Below, piece after piece: positions 53,252-61,899 of a DNA stretch of 64,000 nt. The notes under the pieces are model-generated. The model was not told where the DNA came from, searched no databases, and saw only the letters and a program-made list of their open reading frames with translations. Every line of letters begins with the position of its first letter. Within the stretch, counting starts at the first letter, position 1. The translations under genes and the position numbers were made by a program. This DNA is from Vicinamibacterales bacterium (GTDB lineage: Bacteria; Acidobacteriota; Vicinamibacteria; Vicinamibacterales; SCN-69-37): the NCBI GenBank assembly GCA_035633215.1, contig DASQFI010000033.1, positions 25,521 through 89,520 of the forward strand. Reading direction: 5' to 3'.

Positions 53252-54205
53252 ATGCCCTCCACCGACGTCGCTGATTCTGTTCTGAAAGCGATTGGCCGTA
53301 CGCCTGTCGTGCGCCTGAACAAACTCGTCCCGCCCGGAAGCGCGGACGTCTTCGTGAAGCTCGAGTACGTGAATCCCACCGGATCGTACAAAGACCGGAT
53401 GGCCCTCGCGATGATCGAAGGCGCCGAAGCGCGCGGCGCGCTCAAGCCCGGCATGCGGGTCGTCGAGTTCACCGGCGGCAGTACGGGATCGTCCCTGGCA
53501 ATGGTCTGCGCGGCGAAAGGCTACACGTTCTCACCGCTGTCATCGGATGCCTTCGCGCGCGAGAAGATCCAGACGATGGAGGCATTTGGCGCCAGCGTGG
53601 AAATGGTGGCGAGCGACGGCGGCAAAGTGACGCCAGCCCTGTTCGATCGTTTCAAGGCGCGCATCGCGACGCTGAAAGATCAGCCGGGCACGTTCTGGAC
53701 GGATCAGTTCAACAACACGGACGCGCTGAAGGGCTACAGCCAGATTGGCGTCGAGTTGCTCGAGCAGGTCGGATCGATCGACGTGTTCTGCGGCGCCGTC
53801 GGAACCGCCGGCATGCTGGTTGGCGTGTCTCGCGCACTGAAAGCGGGTGGCTGTCGAGCCCGGATCGTCGCCCTGGAGCCCACCGGGTCGCCGGTATTGA
53901 CGACCGGCAAGAGCGGCGCCCATCGCGTCGAGGGCATCGCGCCCGGGTTCGTGCCGCCGCATCTGAAGTCCAGCGACTACGACGACGCGCGCGCGATCGA
54001 TGAGGAAGAAGCGCGCGAGATGGCGCGCCGGCTCGCGAGAGAGGAAGGGATCTTCGCCGGCATCTCGTCAGGGCTCAACGTCGTCGGGGCGCTCCAGCTT
54101 GCCCGTGAGCTGGGGACCGGGCATCGCGTCGCGACCGTGGCGGTGGACACGGGGCTCAAGTACCTGGCGGGTGATCTGTTTCAGAGCACCTCGCCCAGGT
54201 CTTGA
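53252..54205 (+). CDS. Cysteine synthase / O-acetylserine sulfhydrylase family PLP enzyme
   Basis: IGRTPVVRLNKL...KLEYVNPTGSYKDRMALAMIEGAE (PLP lysine in SYKDR)...TGGSTG...GISSG. 317 aa. Confidence 0.88.
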   Translation: MPSTDVADSVLKAIGRTPVVRLNKLVPPGSADVFVKLEYVNPTGSYKDRMALAMIEGAEARGALKPGMRVVEFTGGSTGSSLAMVCAAKGYTFSPLSSDAFAREKIQTMEAFGASVEMVASDGGKVTPALFDRFKARIATLKDQPGTFWTDQFNNTDALKGYSQIGVELLEQVGSIDVFCGAVGTAGMLVGVSRALKAGGCRARIVALEPTGSPVLTTGKSGAHRVEGIAPGFVPPHLKSSDYDDARAIDEEEAREMARRLAREEGIFAGISSGLNVVGALQLARELGTGHRVATVAVDTGLKYLAGDLFQSTSPRS

Positions 54206-54233
54206 GCCCGATCCTGCGCACGCGGGCTCGACG

Positions 54234-54725
54234 TTACGCCTGCGCCATCTGTTTGAAGAACTCCGCCGCGCGCTGCTGGATCTCGTCGTGCGTGAGATCT
54301 TCGGTGCGCGTCGCGATCCACCAGGTGTAGCCGTTGGGATCGGCCACGGCGCCCGCGCGGTCGCCCCAGAACTGGTTGTCCATCGGCATCTGCACGGTGG
54401 CGCCGGCGCTGACGGCTTTGCCGAAGAGCGCATCGGCCTCGTCGACGTACAACCAGAACGACGCCGGCGATCCGCCCAACGCCTTCGGGCCCTTCTGGCC
54501 CGGCATCACGTCGTTGACCATGAAGCGTGAGCTCCCGATTTTGATCTCGGCGTGCATGATCTTGCCGTCGGGACCGAGACCGCGGTTGATCTCTTCGGCG
54601 CCAAACGCCCGTTTGTACCAATCGATCGTCTCCGCGCAATTGTCCAACGTGAGTTGCGGCGTCAGGGTGTAAAGCCCCGGAGGCACCGCGTTCGCTGCTT
54701 TCGCCATCTGAACCTCCCTGGTCAC
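54234..54725 (-). CDS. VOC-family (glyoxalase / bleomycin-resistance fold) protein
   Basis: 163 aa. Paired beta-alpha-beta-beta-beta modules (PQLTLDNCAETIDWYKRAFGAEE...HAEIKIGSSRFMVND...). Start may be Met 54707. Confidence 0.7.
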   Translation of the reverse strand: MTREVQMAKAANAVPPGLYTLTPQLTLDNCAETIDWYKRAFGAEEINRGLGPDGKIMHAEIKIGSSRFMVNDVMPGQKGPKALGGSPASFWLYVDEADALFGKAVSAGATVQMPMDNQFWGDRAGAVADPNGYTWWIATRTEDLTHDEIQQRAAEFFKQMAQA

Positions 54726-54864
54726 GTGTCACACGGCTGTGACGCGATCCGTCTGTGGAAACAATCAATATGTGTCGAGCTGACCGGCGGATGCAAGTGG
54801 GATGGGGTAGGTGCTAACATCCGCGTCTCTCGTTACATCGTCATCGGAAAAAGGGAGCGTTGCG

Positions 54865-55371
54865 ATGTCACTGCACCGTCGGATTTTCGTTTCCAGCCTC
54901 GCGCTTGCCGCTCTGGTCGCTCTCTCGTCTAATCTGGGCGCCCAGTCAGCCTCGCCTCTGAACGGCACCTGGAAGCTCAACGTGGCGAAGTCGAAATACA
55001 ACCCGGCCACACTCGCCCCGAAAAGCGGGACGACGAAGATCGAAATCACCGGTGACACCATCAAGGCTGTCATCGATGGCGTCGATCCGGAGGGCCGCGT
55101 GACACACCAGGAATACACGGCCAGATTCGACGGCAAAGACCATCCCTGGAAAGGCACCATCGATGGAAAGCCCAATCCGAATCAGGACGCGGTCACCTGG
55201 AGGAAGATCGACGACTACACGTACGAGACGACGAACAAGCTCAAGGGACAGACGCTGACGACAAACCGGATCGTCGTCGCGACAGACGGCAAGACGCGAA
55301 CCAACACCGTGACCGGGAAGAACGCTCAAGGGCAGACGGTGAACAACACGGTCCTCTATGAGAAGCAGTGA
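54865..55371 (+). CDS. Secreted lipocalin-like small protein (GTWKLN motif), distant relative of the 15438 and 50578 proteins
   Basis: Internal Met with SD aagggag. Signal MSLHRRIFVSSLALAALVALSSNLGAQS. GTWKLNVAKSKYNP, then beta-strands. Confidence 0.65.
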   Translation: MSLHRRIFVSSLALAALVALSSNLGAQSASPLNGTWKLNVAKSKYNPATLAPKSGTTKIEITGDTIKAVIDGVDPEGRVTHQEYTARFDGKDHPWKGTIDGKPNPNQDAVTWRKIDDYTYETTNKLKGQTLTTNRIVVATDGKTRTNTVTGKNAQGQTVNNTVLYEKQ

Positions 55372-55389
55372 GGGGTGTAGGATCGGCGC

Positions 55390-58293
55390 GTGATCGGCGA
55401 GACCGTTTCCCACTATCGCATTCTCGCGGAAATCGGCGCGGGCGGCATGGGTGTCGTCTACAAGGCGGAAGACCTGCGCCTCGGGCGGTTCGTCGCCCTG
55501 AAGTTCCTTCCGCCGCAGCTCGTGCGTGATGACGACGCCAAGCGCAGGCTGTTTGCGGAGGCTCGCGCGGCATCGGCGCTGGATCACGCCAACGTCTGCA
55601 CGATCTACGACGTCGAGGAGCTGCCGGACGGACGCGCGTTCCTCGCCATGGCGTTTTGCGATGGCGAGACGCTCACCGCACGACTGGAGCGTGGCGCCGT
55701 TCCGGCCGGTGAAGCCGCCCGCCTGGCCCTGCAGATCGCGCACGGCCTCGCCCGGGCCCATCAGGCGGGCATCGTCCATCGTGACGTGAAGCCCGGCAAC
55801 ATCATGGTCACGCGCGAGGGCGAGGCGAAGATCCTCGACTTCGGCATCGCGAAGGCCGCGGGCGGCCCCGACCTCACGCGAACTGGCACCACGGTTGGAA
55901 CCATCGCCTACATGGCGCCGGAGCATATCCGCGGCGGCCCCGCCGACGAGCAGAGCGACGTATGGGCGCTTGGCGTCGTGCTCTACGAGATGCTCGCCGG
56001 CCGCCGCTTGTTCTCCGGATCCGACAACTTCGAGTTGTTGCAGGCCATCGTGGAACGGCCGCTCCCACCTCTTCAATCGCCCGGCGTGAGCGCCGAACTC
56101 ACCGGCATCGTCTCTCGCGCGCTCGACCGCGACCGCGGCAAACGTTACGCCCATGCCAGCGAGATGGCGCAGGCGCTCGAGCAGTATCTCCAGCACACCA
56201 CGACCGGCACCGTGACAGACGGCGCGGTCGTCCGCGGCCGGTCGCGCAGTCGCGCGATCGTCGCGGCAGTGCTCGTGATCGCCGGAGGCCTGGCCGGTTT
56301 CTGGGTCTGGCGGTCGAGCGGCGCCCGGTCGGCGCGCCAGGCCGCGCTGCCGGAAGCGCTGCGGCTTGCCGACCTCGACCGCTATGGCGAGGCGTTTGTG
56401 CTCGCCACGAGCGCCGAACGCGCCATCGCCGGCGATTCGGTGCTGGCGAGTCTCTGGCCGCGAATCTCTCGCACGATCACCATCACGACGTCGCCGGATG
56501 GGGCGGATGTGTCGTTCAGCGTCATCGGCGGCGACGGCACGTGGCATCCGCTCGGCCGGACGCCGCTGACGAATGTCCGGGTGCCGCGGGGCGTCTTCCG
56601 GTGGCGTGTGGAGAAGCCAGGGTTCGACACGCTCGACATCGTCCGGTCCACGGAGGCTGTTGTGCTGCTGCCCGGCCTCCAGGACGGTCTGGTGTTGGCC
56701 CCATCGGGCGCCACGCCGGCCGGGATGGTGCCGGTCAGCGTGCCAGCCGCCGGGCTGCGGATCACGATCACCGGTTTCGACTACAACACATCGGTCCCGG
56801 CGCCGAGCTACTTCATCGACGCGCGTGAAGTCACCAACGCCGAGTTCAAGGCGTTCGTCGACGCAGGCGGCTACGAGAAGCGCGACTTCTGGACCGAGCC
56901 GTTCGTGCGGAACGGGCAGCCGCTCGACTGGACGACGGCGATGACGATCTTCCGCGATCACACCGGGCGTCCCGGGCCCGCGACCTGGCAGGGTGGCGCG
57001 CCGCCGGCCGGACAGGAACAACATCCGGTGACGGGCGTGAGCTGGTACGAGGCCGCGGCCTACGCGGCGTTCCGTGGTAAGCGCCTGCCCACGATTCATC
57101 ACTGGTCCCACGCCGCCCGGCCGGATTTGGGCGATGCGATCACGCGGACGAGCAATTTCGGCGGCGCCGGACCCCAGCCGGCGAGCGCATCGCGCGGCCT
57201 CGGTCCGTACGGCACGGTCGACATGGCCGGGAACGTCAAAGAGTGGGCGTGGAACGACACCGGCAGCGGCACGCGGTATCTGCTGGGCGGCGGGTGGAAC
57301 GAGCCGGACTATCAGTTTCTGTACTCCGATTCGCGATCGCCGTTCGATCGGTCGGACACCAACGGCTTTCGGTGCATGGCCGACGGCGAGCGTCCCGCGC
57401 CCCCGGCGCTCGCCTCAGCGATTGCGCCGCCCTCACGCAACTACGCGGCGGAACGGCCGGTCGCCGACGCGGTCTTCAAAATCTACGCCGATCAGTACGT
57501 CTACGACCGCACGCCGCTCGAATCGCGCATCGAGAGAACGGACGATGCGAAGCCGCATTGGCGGCATGAGGTCGTCACGATTGCCGCGGCCTACGGCGGC
57601 GAACGGCTGCCGATCCATCTCTTCCTGCCGAAGAACGTCAAGCCGCCGTTTCAGACCGTGCTGCTCTTTCCCGGATCCGGCGTCATCCGCAGTCCGAGCA
57701 GTGCGAACCTGACGCCGGAGACTGCCGGGATCGACTTCGTGCCCATGAGCGGTCGCGCCGTGGCGTTTCCCGTCTATAAGTACACGTTCGAACGGGCCGA
57801 CCCGAAAGTCACGTCGTCGTGGGCGGTGCCCACGCGCGCATATACGACGTGGATTCAACAGGTGGTGATGGATGCGAGACGCACGCTCGACTACCTCGAG
57901 ACGCGGCCCGACATGGACAGCGGCCGGCTCGCGTACTATGGCGTGTCGTGGGGCGCCCGGTTAGCGCCCATCACCATCGCCCTGGACTCGCGGATCAAGG
58001 CCGGTGTCCTCTTGATGGGCGGATTCGGCAGCACGGCGCCGGCGCCGGAAGCCGACCCGTTCAATTTCGCGCCGCGGGTGCGCGTGCCGATCCTCATGCT
58101 GAACGGCGACGAGGACTTCATCTTCCCGCTCCAGACGCTTCAGCGGCCGCTCTTCGATGGTCTGGGCACGCCGGCCGCCGACAAGCGGCATGTGCTCTTC
58201 CCGGGCGGTCACGAGATCGGGGCGACCAAGCGCAGTCAGGTCATCGCGGAAATCGTCGGCTGGCTGGACAAGTACCTCGGGCGGGTGCACTGA
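55390..58293 (+). CDS. Ser/Thr protein kinase fused to FGE-sulfatase (SUMF1-like) domain and C-terminal alpha/beta-hydrolase (peptidase S9/dienelactone-hydrolase-like) domain
   Basis: GTG start. Kinase domain: YRILAEIGAGGMGVVYKAEDLRLGRFVALKF, HRDVKPGNIM, DFGIAK, APE. TM segment AIVAAVLVIAGGLAGFWVW. FGE-type domain: YFIDAREVTNAEFKAFVDAGGY...GVSWYEAAAYAAFRGKRLPTIHHWSHAAR...GNVKEWAW. C-terminal hydrolase: YYGVSWGARLAPI. Confidence 0.82.
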   Translation: MIGETVSHYRILAEIGAGGMGVVYKAEDLRLGRFVALKFLPPQLVRDDDAKRRLFAEARAASALDHANVCTIYDVEELPDGRAFLAMAFCDGETLTARLERGAVPAGEAARLALQIAHGLARAHQAGIVHRDVKPGNIMVTREGEAKILDFGIAKAAGGPDLTRTGTTVGTIAYMAPEHIRGGPADEQSDVWALGVVLYEMLAGRRLFSGSDNFELLQAIVERPLPPLQSPGVSAELTGIVSRALDRDRGKRYAHASEMAQALEQYLQHTTTGTVTDGAVVRGRSRSRAIVAAVLVIAGGLAGFWVWRSSGARSARQAALPEALRLADLDRYGEAFVLATSAERAIAGDSVLASLWPRISRTITITTSPDGADVSFSVIGGDGTWHPLGRTPLTNVRVPRGVFRWRVEKPGFDTLDIVRSTEAVVLLPGLQDGLVLAPSGATPAGMVPVSVPAAGLRITITGFDYNTSVPAPSYFIDAREVTNAEFKAFVDAGGYEKRDFWTEPFVRNGQPLDWTTAMTIFRDHTGRPGPATWQGGAPPAGQEQHPVTGVSWYEAAAYAAFRGKRLPTIHHWSHAARPDLGDAITRTSNFGGAGPQPASASRGLGPYGTVDMAGNVKEWAWNDTGSGTRYLLGGGWNEPDYQFLYSDSRSPFDRSDTNGFRCMADGERPAPPALASAIAPPSRNYAAERPVADAVFKIYADQYVYDRTPLESRIERTDDAKPHWRHEVVTIAAAYGGERLPIHLFLPKNVKPPFQTVLLFPGSGVIRSPSSANLTPETAGIDFVPMSGRAVAFPVYKYTFERADPKVTSSWAVPTRAYTTWIQQVVMDARRTLDYLETRPDMDSGRLAYYGVSWGARLAPITIALDSRIKAGVLLMGGFGSTAPAPEADPFNFAPRVRVPILMLNGDEDFIFPLQTLQRPLFDGLGTPAADKRHVLFPGGHEIGATKRSQVIAEIVGWLDKYLGRVH

Positions 58294-58334
58294 CGCCCGC
58301 CTTCGCTCTTCGAGTTTCGGCGGGCAAGCGAGCG

Positions 58335-59741
58335 TTAAGCCTCGGGCAAACTGAAGCCGAACGTCACGCCTGACGCGTCCGACCGGGCCCACACCCGTCC
58401 CCCCTGCGCTTCGACCAGGTGCTTGACGATCGCCAGACCGAGCCCGGCGCCGCCCGTTGATCGCCGGCGCGCCGGATCGGCGCGATAGAAGCGCTCGAAC
58501 ACGCGCGCGAGCTGGTCCGGCTCGAGCGAGCTGCCGGTGTTGTGCACCTCGAAAATCGCCTGCCCGTCGTCCTGCGACCCACGCACGGTAATCGTCCCGC
58601 CAGCCGGCGTGTGGCGATCGGCGTTCGTGAACAGGTTCACGAGCATCTGGCGGACACGAACGACGTCGGCGCGGGCTCGCAGCGACGCATCAACGGCGAC
58701 CCGAAGCCGTTCGCCGGGCTCGAGACCGGCGGCGCGTGCGGCTGACAGCGCCACGTCGGCGAGTGCGACGTCCGTCGGCGCCAGACTCAGCTCCCGTGCT
58801 TCGGCCGCCGCGAGTTCCTGGAGGTCGTCGACCAGACGCGACAGGTGACGCACTTCGTCGCTCGCGCCCGCAACCTCCTGCCGCGGATCGGTCGAGAGAC
58901 CATCGACGATGGTCTCGAGCCGGCAGCGCAGAGCGGTCAGCGGCGTGCGCAGCTCGTGCGCGATGTCGTGGACGAGCTGGCGGCGAAGCGTTTCCTGCCG
59001 CTCGAGTTCGGACGCCATCACGTTGAAGCTTTGCCCGAGCTCGGCAATCTCGTCCGAGCCGCGCGTCTTCACGCGACGAGAGAGATCTCCGCCCGCCAGA
59101 TCCCGCGCCGCCAGGCGCAATTCCCCGAGAGGCCCGACGATGCGACGGGCGAGCACCCATGTCATCCCCAGCGCCATGACACCTACGATCGTCGTCGCAA
59201 TCAGCAACCGTCGATCGACCGATCCCAGAAACGCGGCGCTCGGCGGCACGACGCCGGTCGCCGGAATTGAAAACAGATGCACTGTAGCGACCGTCCGGTC
59301 GCCGCAGGACACGACCGGGGCGTTGCCGCCGATGAACTTCAGGGTGATACCTTCAGTGGTGCCGCGTTGCTCGCGCGTGACCTCGACCGTGAGCGCGTCG
59401 CCTGCCAGCCGGATCCGAACGTCGCGCAAATCCACTTCGCCTGGGCCGCCCCTTGCGATCAGGCCTCCGTGTTCGTCGACCAGAAGCACGATCTCCCGGT
59501 TCCTGAGGTGTGAAGCCGCTTCCCGGAGCGCATTCGCGTCGCGGCAATGGCCGGTCAGCCTGGAAGCGATCTCCACCGCATCCCGGGAGCGGACCATCGA
59601 CGATCGTTCTTCCTCATGCTCCTGGAAGCGGCGAAACTCCATCCGCGTCGTCTGGCGCGCGGACAGCGCGACGGCCACGACCGCCGCGATCGCCAGGACG
59701 CCGACGGCCAGCAGGAGTCTGGTCTGGAGACTAGAGATCAT
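58335..59741 (-). CDS. Sensor histidine kinase (TM, periplasmic sensor, HAMP, HisKA, HATPase_c)
   Basis: H-box HDIAHELRTPLTAL, N-box NLFTNADRHT, G boxes. N-terminal TM segments. Confidence 0.9.
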   Translation of the reverse strand: MISSLQTRLLLAVGVLAIAAVVAVALSARQTTRMEFRRFQEHEEERSSMVRSRDAVEIASRLTGHCRDANALREAASHLRNREIVLLVDEHGGLIARGGPGEVDLRDVRIRLAGDALTVEVTREQRGTTEGITLKFIGGNAPVVSCGDRTVATVHLFSIPATGVVPPSAAFLGSVDRRLLIATTIVGVMALGMTWVLARRIVGPLGELRLAARDLAGGDLSRRVKTRGSDEIAELGQSFNVMASELERQETLRRQLVHDIAHELRTPLTALRCRLETIVDGLSTDPRQEVAGASDEVRHLSRLVDDLQELAAAEARELSLAPTDVALADVALSAARAAGLEPGERLRVAVDASLRARADVVRVRQMLVNLFTNADRHTPAGGTITVRGSQDDGQAIFEVHNTGSSLEPDQLARVFERFYRADPARRRSTGGAGLGLAIVKHLVEAQGGRVWARSDASGVTFGFSLPEA

Positions 59742-60417
59742 CCGATGTGGCCAGCCGATACCCGAGGCCGTGCGCGGTGAGCACGTAGCGCGGCTCGTCG
59801 CCCGGCTCGAGCTTGCGGCGGAGATTGGTCACGTGCGCGTCGATCGTCCGGTCGAGTCCCTCGTAGTCGGGACCGAAGATCCGCGCGACCAGCTCGTCGC
59901 GCGTGAAGATGCGGCCCGGATGGCGCGCCAGCGCCGCGAGCAGCCGGAATTCCGTCGGCGTGAGCGCGACCGCCCTGCCGCCGATTCGTGCCTGCCGCGC
60001 CCAGAGATCCACTTCGAGCTCGCCGACCGTCGTCTTCGATGAAGGCGTGGCGGAGGCCTGCCGGCCGCGGCGAAGGAGGGCCTGCACGCGCGCGACGACC
60101 TCTCGCGGACTGAATGGCTTGGGGACATAGTCGTCGGCGCCGACGTCGAAGCCGGCCAGCCGATCGTCCTCGGACGCGCGCGCGGTCAACATCAGGATCG
60201 GCACGGTCGACGACTGTCGCAGGCGCCGGCAGACCTCGAGTCCGGCGATGCCCGGGATCATCAGATCGAGCACGACGGCGCCGACATCGGGCGCCGACGC
60301 AAGCTGCAGGCCGGTCATGCCGTCTTCCGCCACGGTGACGTCGAGTCCCGCCTGCTCCAGGTACAGCACCAGCGTGTCGGAAACCACCGCGTCATCCTCG
60401 ATGACGACGATCTTCAT
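59731..60417 (-). CDS. OmpR/PhoB-family response regulator
   Basis: MKIVVIEDDAVVSDTLVLYLEQAGL...VVLDLMIPGIAGLEVCRRLR (receiver) plus a winged-helix trans_reg_C domain (LTPTEFRLLAALARHPGRIFTRDELV...YVLTAHGLGYRL). Confidence 0.92.
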   Translation of the reverse strand: MKIVVIEDDAVVSDTLVLYLEQAGLDVTVAEDGMTGLQLASAPDVGAVVLDLMIPGIAGLEVCRRLRQSSTVPILMLTARASEDDRLAGFDVGADDYVPKPFSPREVVARVQALLRRGRQASATPSSKTTVGELEVDLWARQARIGGRAVALTPTEFRLLAALARHPGRIFTRDELVARIFGPDYEGLDRTIDAHVTNLRRKLEPGDEPRYVLTAHGLGYRLATSDDL

Positions 60418-60438
60418 TGATGAAAGTGTAGGCCGGCC

Positions 60439-61839
60439 CTAGGGCCGGCGCTTTGGTTCTAGCGCCCTCATGATCGCGAGGCCCAGCTGCTCGCCTGTCG
60501 GCGGATCGAGATTCGTGAGCACGACGACCGTCCAGTCCCCGTTCGATTCGGCGATGGCGTTGATGCCCGGCGCGCCGCCAGCGATGCCGATGCCCTTCTC
60601 GCTGCCGGGAAACAGTCCCTTGCGCACCGCTTTGGCGAAGGCCAACAGGTCCGTTGCCGTGGAATAGCCGCCGCCGGCCGCGCTGCCCGCGGCACCATGC
60701 ATGTAGACGTTGCTCTTGAGCTGCCCGTCGTCCGTCCGCCGCGTATAACCGATCGCGACGTTCGGCTCGATCGCGTCCACCTGTGGATAGCCCGTGCTCG
60801 TCATGTCCGCACGCTTGAAGACGTGTTCGGCGACGTACTGCTCGTACGGCACGCCGGACACGCGCTCGACGATGGCGCCGAGCGCGATGTAGCAGCCGTT
60901 GCAGTACTGGTTACGCGCGCCGGGCGCAAAGAGCGGCGTGCGGGCGCTCACGAAGCGAAAGTAATCGGCATTCGAGCGGAAGCGGTCTTTCGGCTCGCGG
61001 GTGAACTCAGGACCGAAGAAGTCCGCGAGGCCAGCCCGGTGCGACAGGAGCTGCTGCACCGTCGCGGACCGGCTCAGCGCCTGCGGGTAATCGGGAAAAA
61101 ACTTCTCGAGCGTGTCGGTGTGCGCCAATCGACCCTGTTCGACGAGCTGGGCGATCGCGACTTGAGTGAAGGTCTTGTTAATCGAACCGAGGTTGAAGCG
61201 GGTACGCACGCTGTTCGGGATCCGGTTGGCGCGGTCGGCAAACCCGTACGCCTGGTGAAACAGCGGCACGTCACCTTTCGCCACCAGCGCGACTCCCGAG
61301 AACACATCCGCGGCGGCAAGTGTCGACAGGTATCCGTCCAGCGCCCGCGCGAGCTCGTCCGGCGTCATCTGCGGGTGAATCGGCGGGGGCGGCACGCCGG
61401 CCGCCCCCTTCTCTCCTGCCTGATCGCCCATCGCGACCTTGATGTTCGAAATGCGCGGCGGGCTGCCGCCATCGAGCTCCAGGCTGATGCTGCCGATCGC
61501 GCCGGTCGAGCCCTTCACGTGGAGCTGCAGCGGCGCGTCGGGTCCTTCCCTGGTGGCGCGCTCGAAGGTCAGCTTCCCAAAGTCCTTCCGGATCTTCTCG
61601 AACAGCTCCTTCCGGTCCCCGGCCGTTGTTTTATTCAAGTGATCCGCGGAGAAGCGCTCCTTGGCCATGGCCTCCCACGCGGCGGCGTCGCCGTCGAGCG
61701 CCTTCAAAACGGCATCGACGAGCGCCCGGATCTCGGGCGGCGCTCCGGTCCGTACTTCCTGCTGGCCGCGCGGAGCCGCGGCAAGCGCCATCACACACAC
61801 GAACGACAGGACGATCTGCACAGCGGGTCGTCTCGACAT
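60439..61839 (-). CDS. Beta-lactamase-family serine hydrolase (class-C / esterase-like) with extra N-terminal domain, secreted
   Basis: Signal MSRRPAVQIVLSFVCVMALAAAP. SxxK motif in FNLGSINKTFTQVAIAQL. YxN-like and downstream HGAAGS region. Confidence 0.8.
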   Translation of the reverse strand: MSRRPAVQIVLSFVCVMALAAAPRGQQEVRTGAPPEIRALVDAVLKALDGDAAAWEAMAKERFSADHLNKTTAGDRKELFEKIRKDFGKLTFERATREGPDAPLQLHVKGSTGAIGSISLELDGGSPPRISNIKVAMGDQAGEKGAAGVPPPPIHPQMTPDELARALDGYLSTLAAADVFSGVALVAKGDVPLFHQAYGFADRANRIPNSVRTRFNLGSINKTFTQVAIAQLVEQGRLAHTDTLEKFFPDYPQALSRSATVQQLLSHRAGLADFFGPEFTREPKDRFRSNADYFRFVSARTPLFAPGARNQYCNGCYIALGAIVERVSGVPYEQYVAEHVFKRADMTSTGYPQVDAIEPNVAIGYTRRTDDGQLKSNVYMHGAAGSAAGGGYSTATDLLAFAKAVRKGLFPGSEKGIGIAGGAPGINAIAESNGDWTVVVLTNLDPPTGEQLGLAIMRALEPKRRP

Positions 61840-61899
61840 CAGGACTCCTTTCTGGATCCCGGCGAACCGGGTCCATGTCCCGAGGCTACGAGGCGTTTG

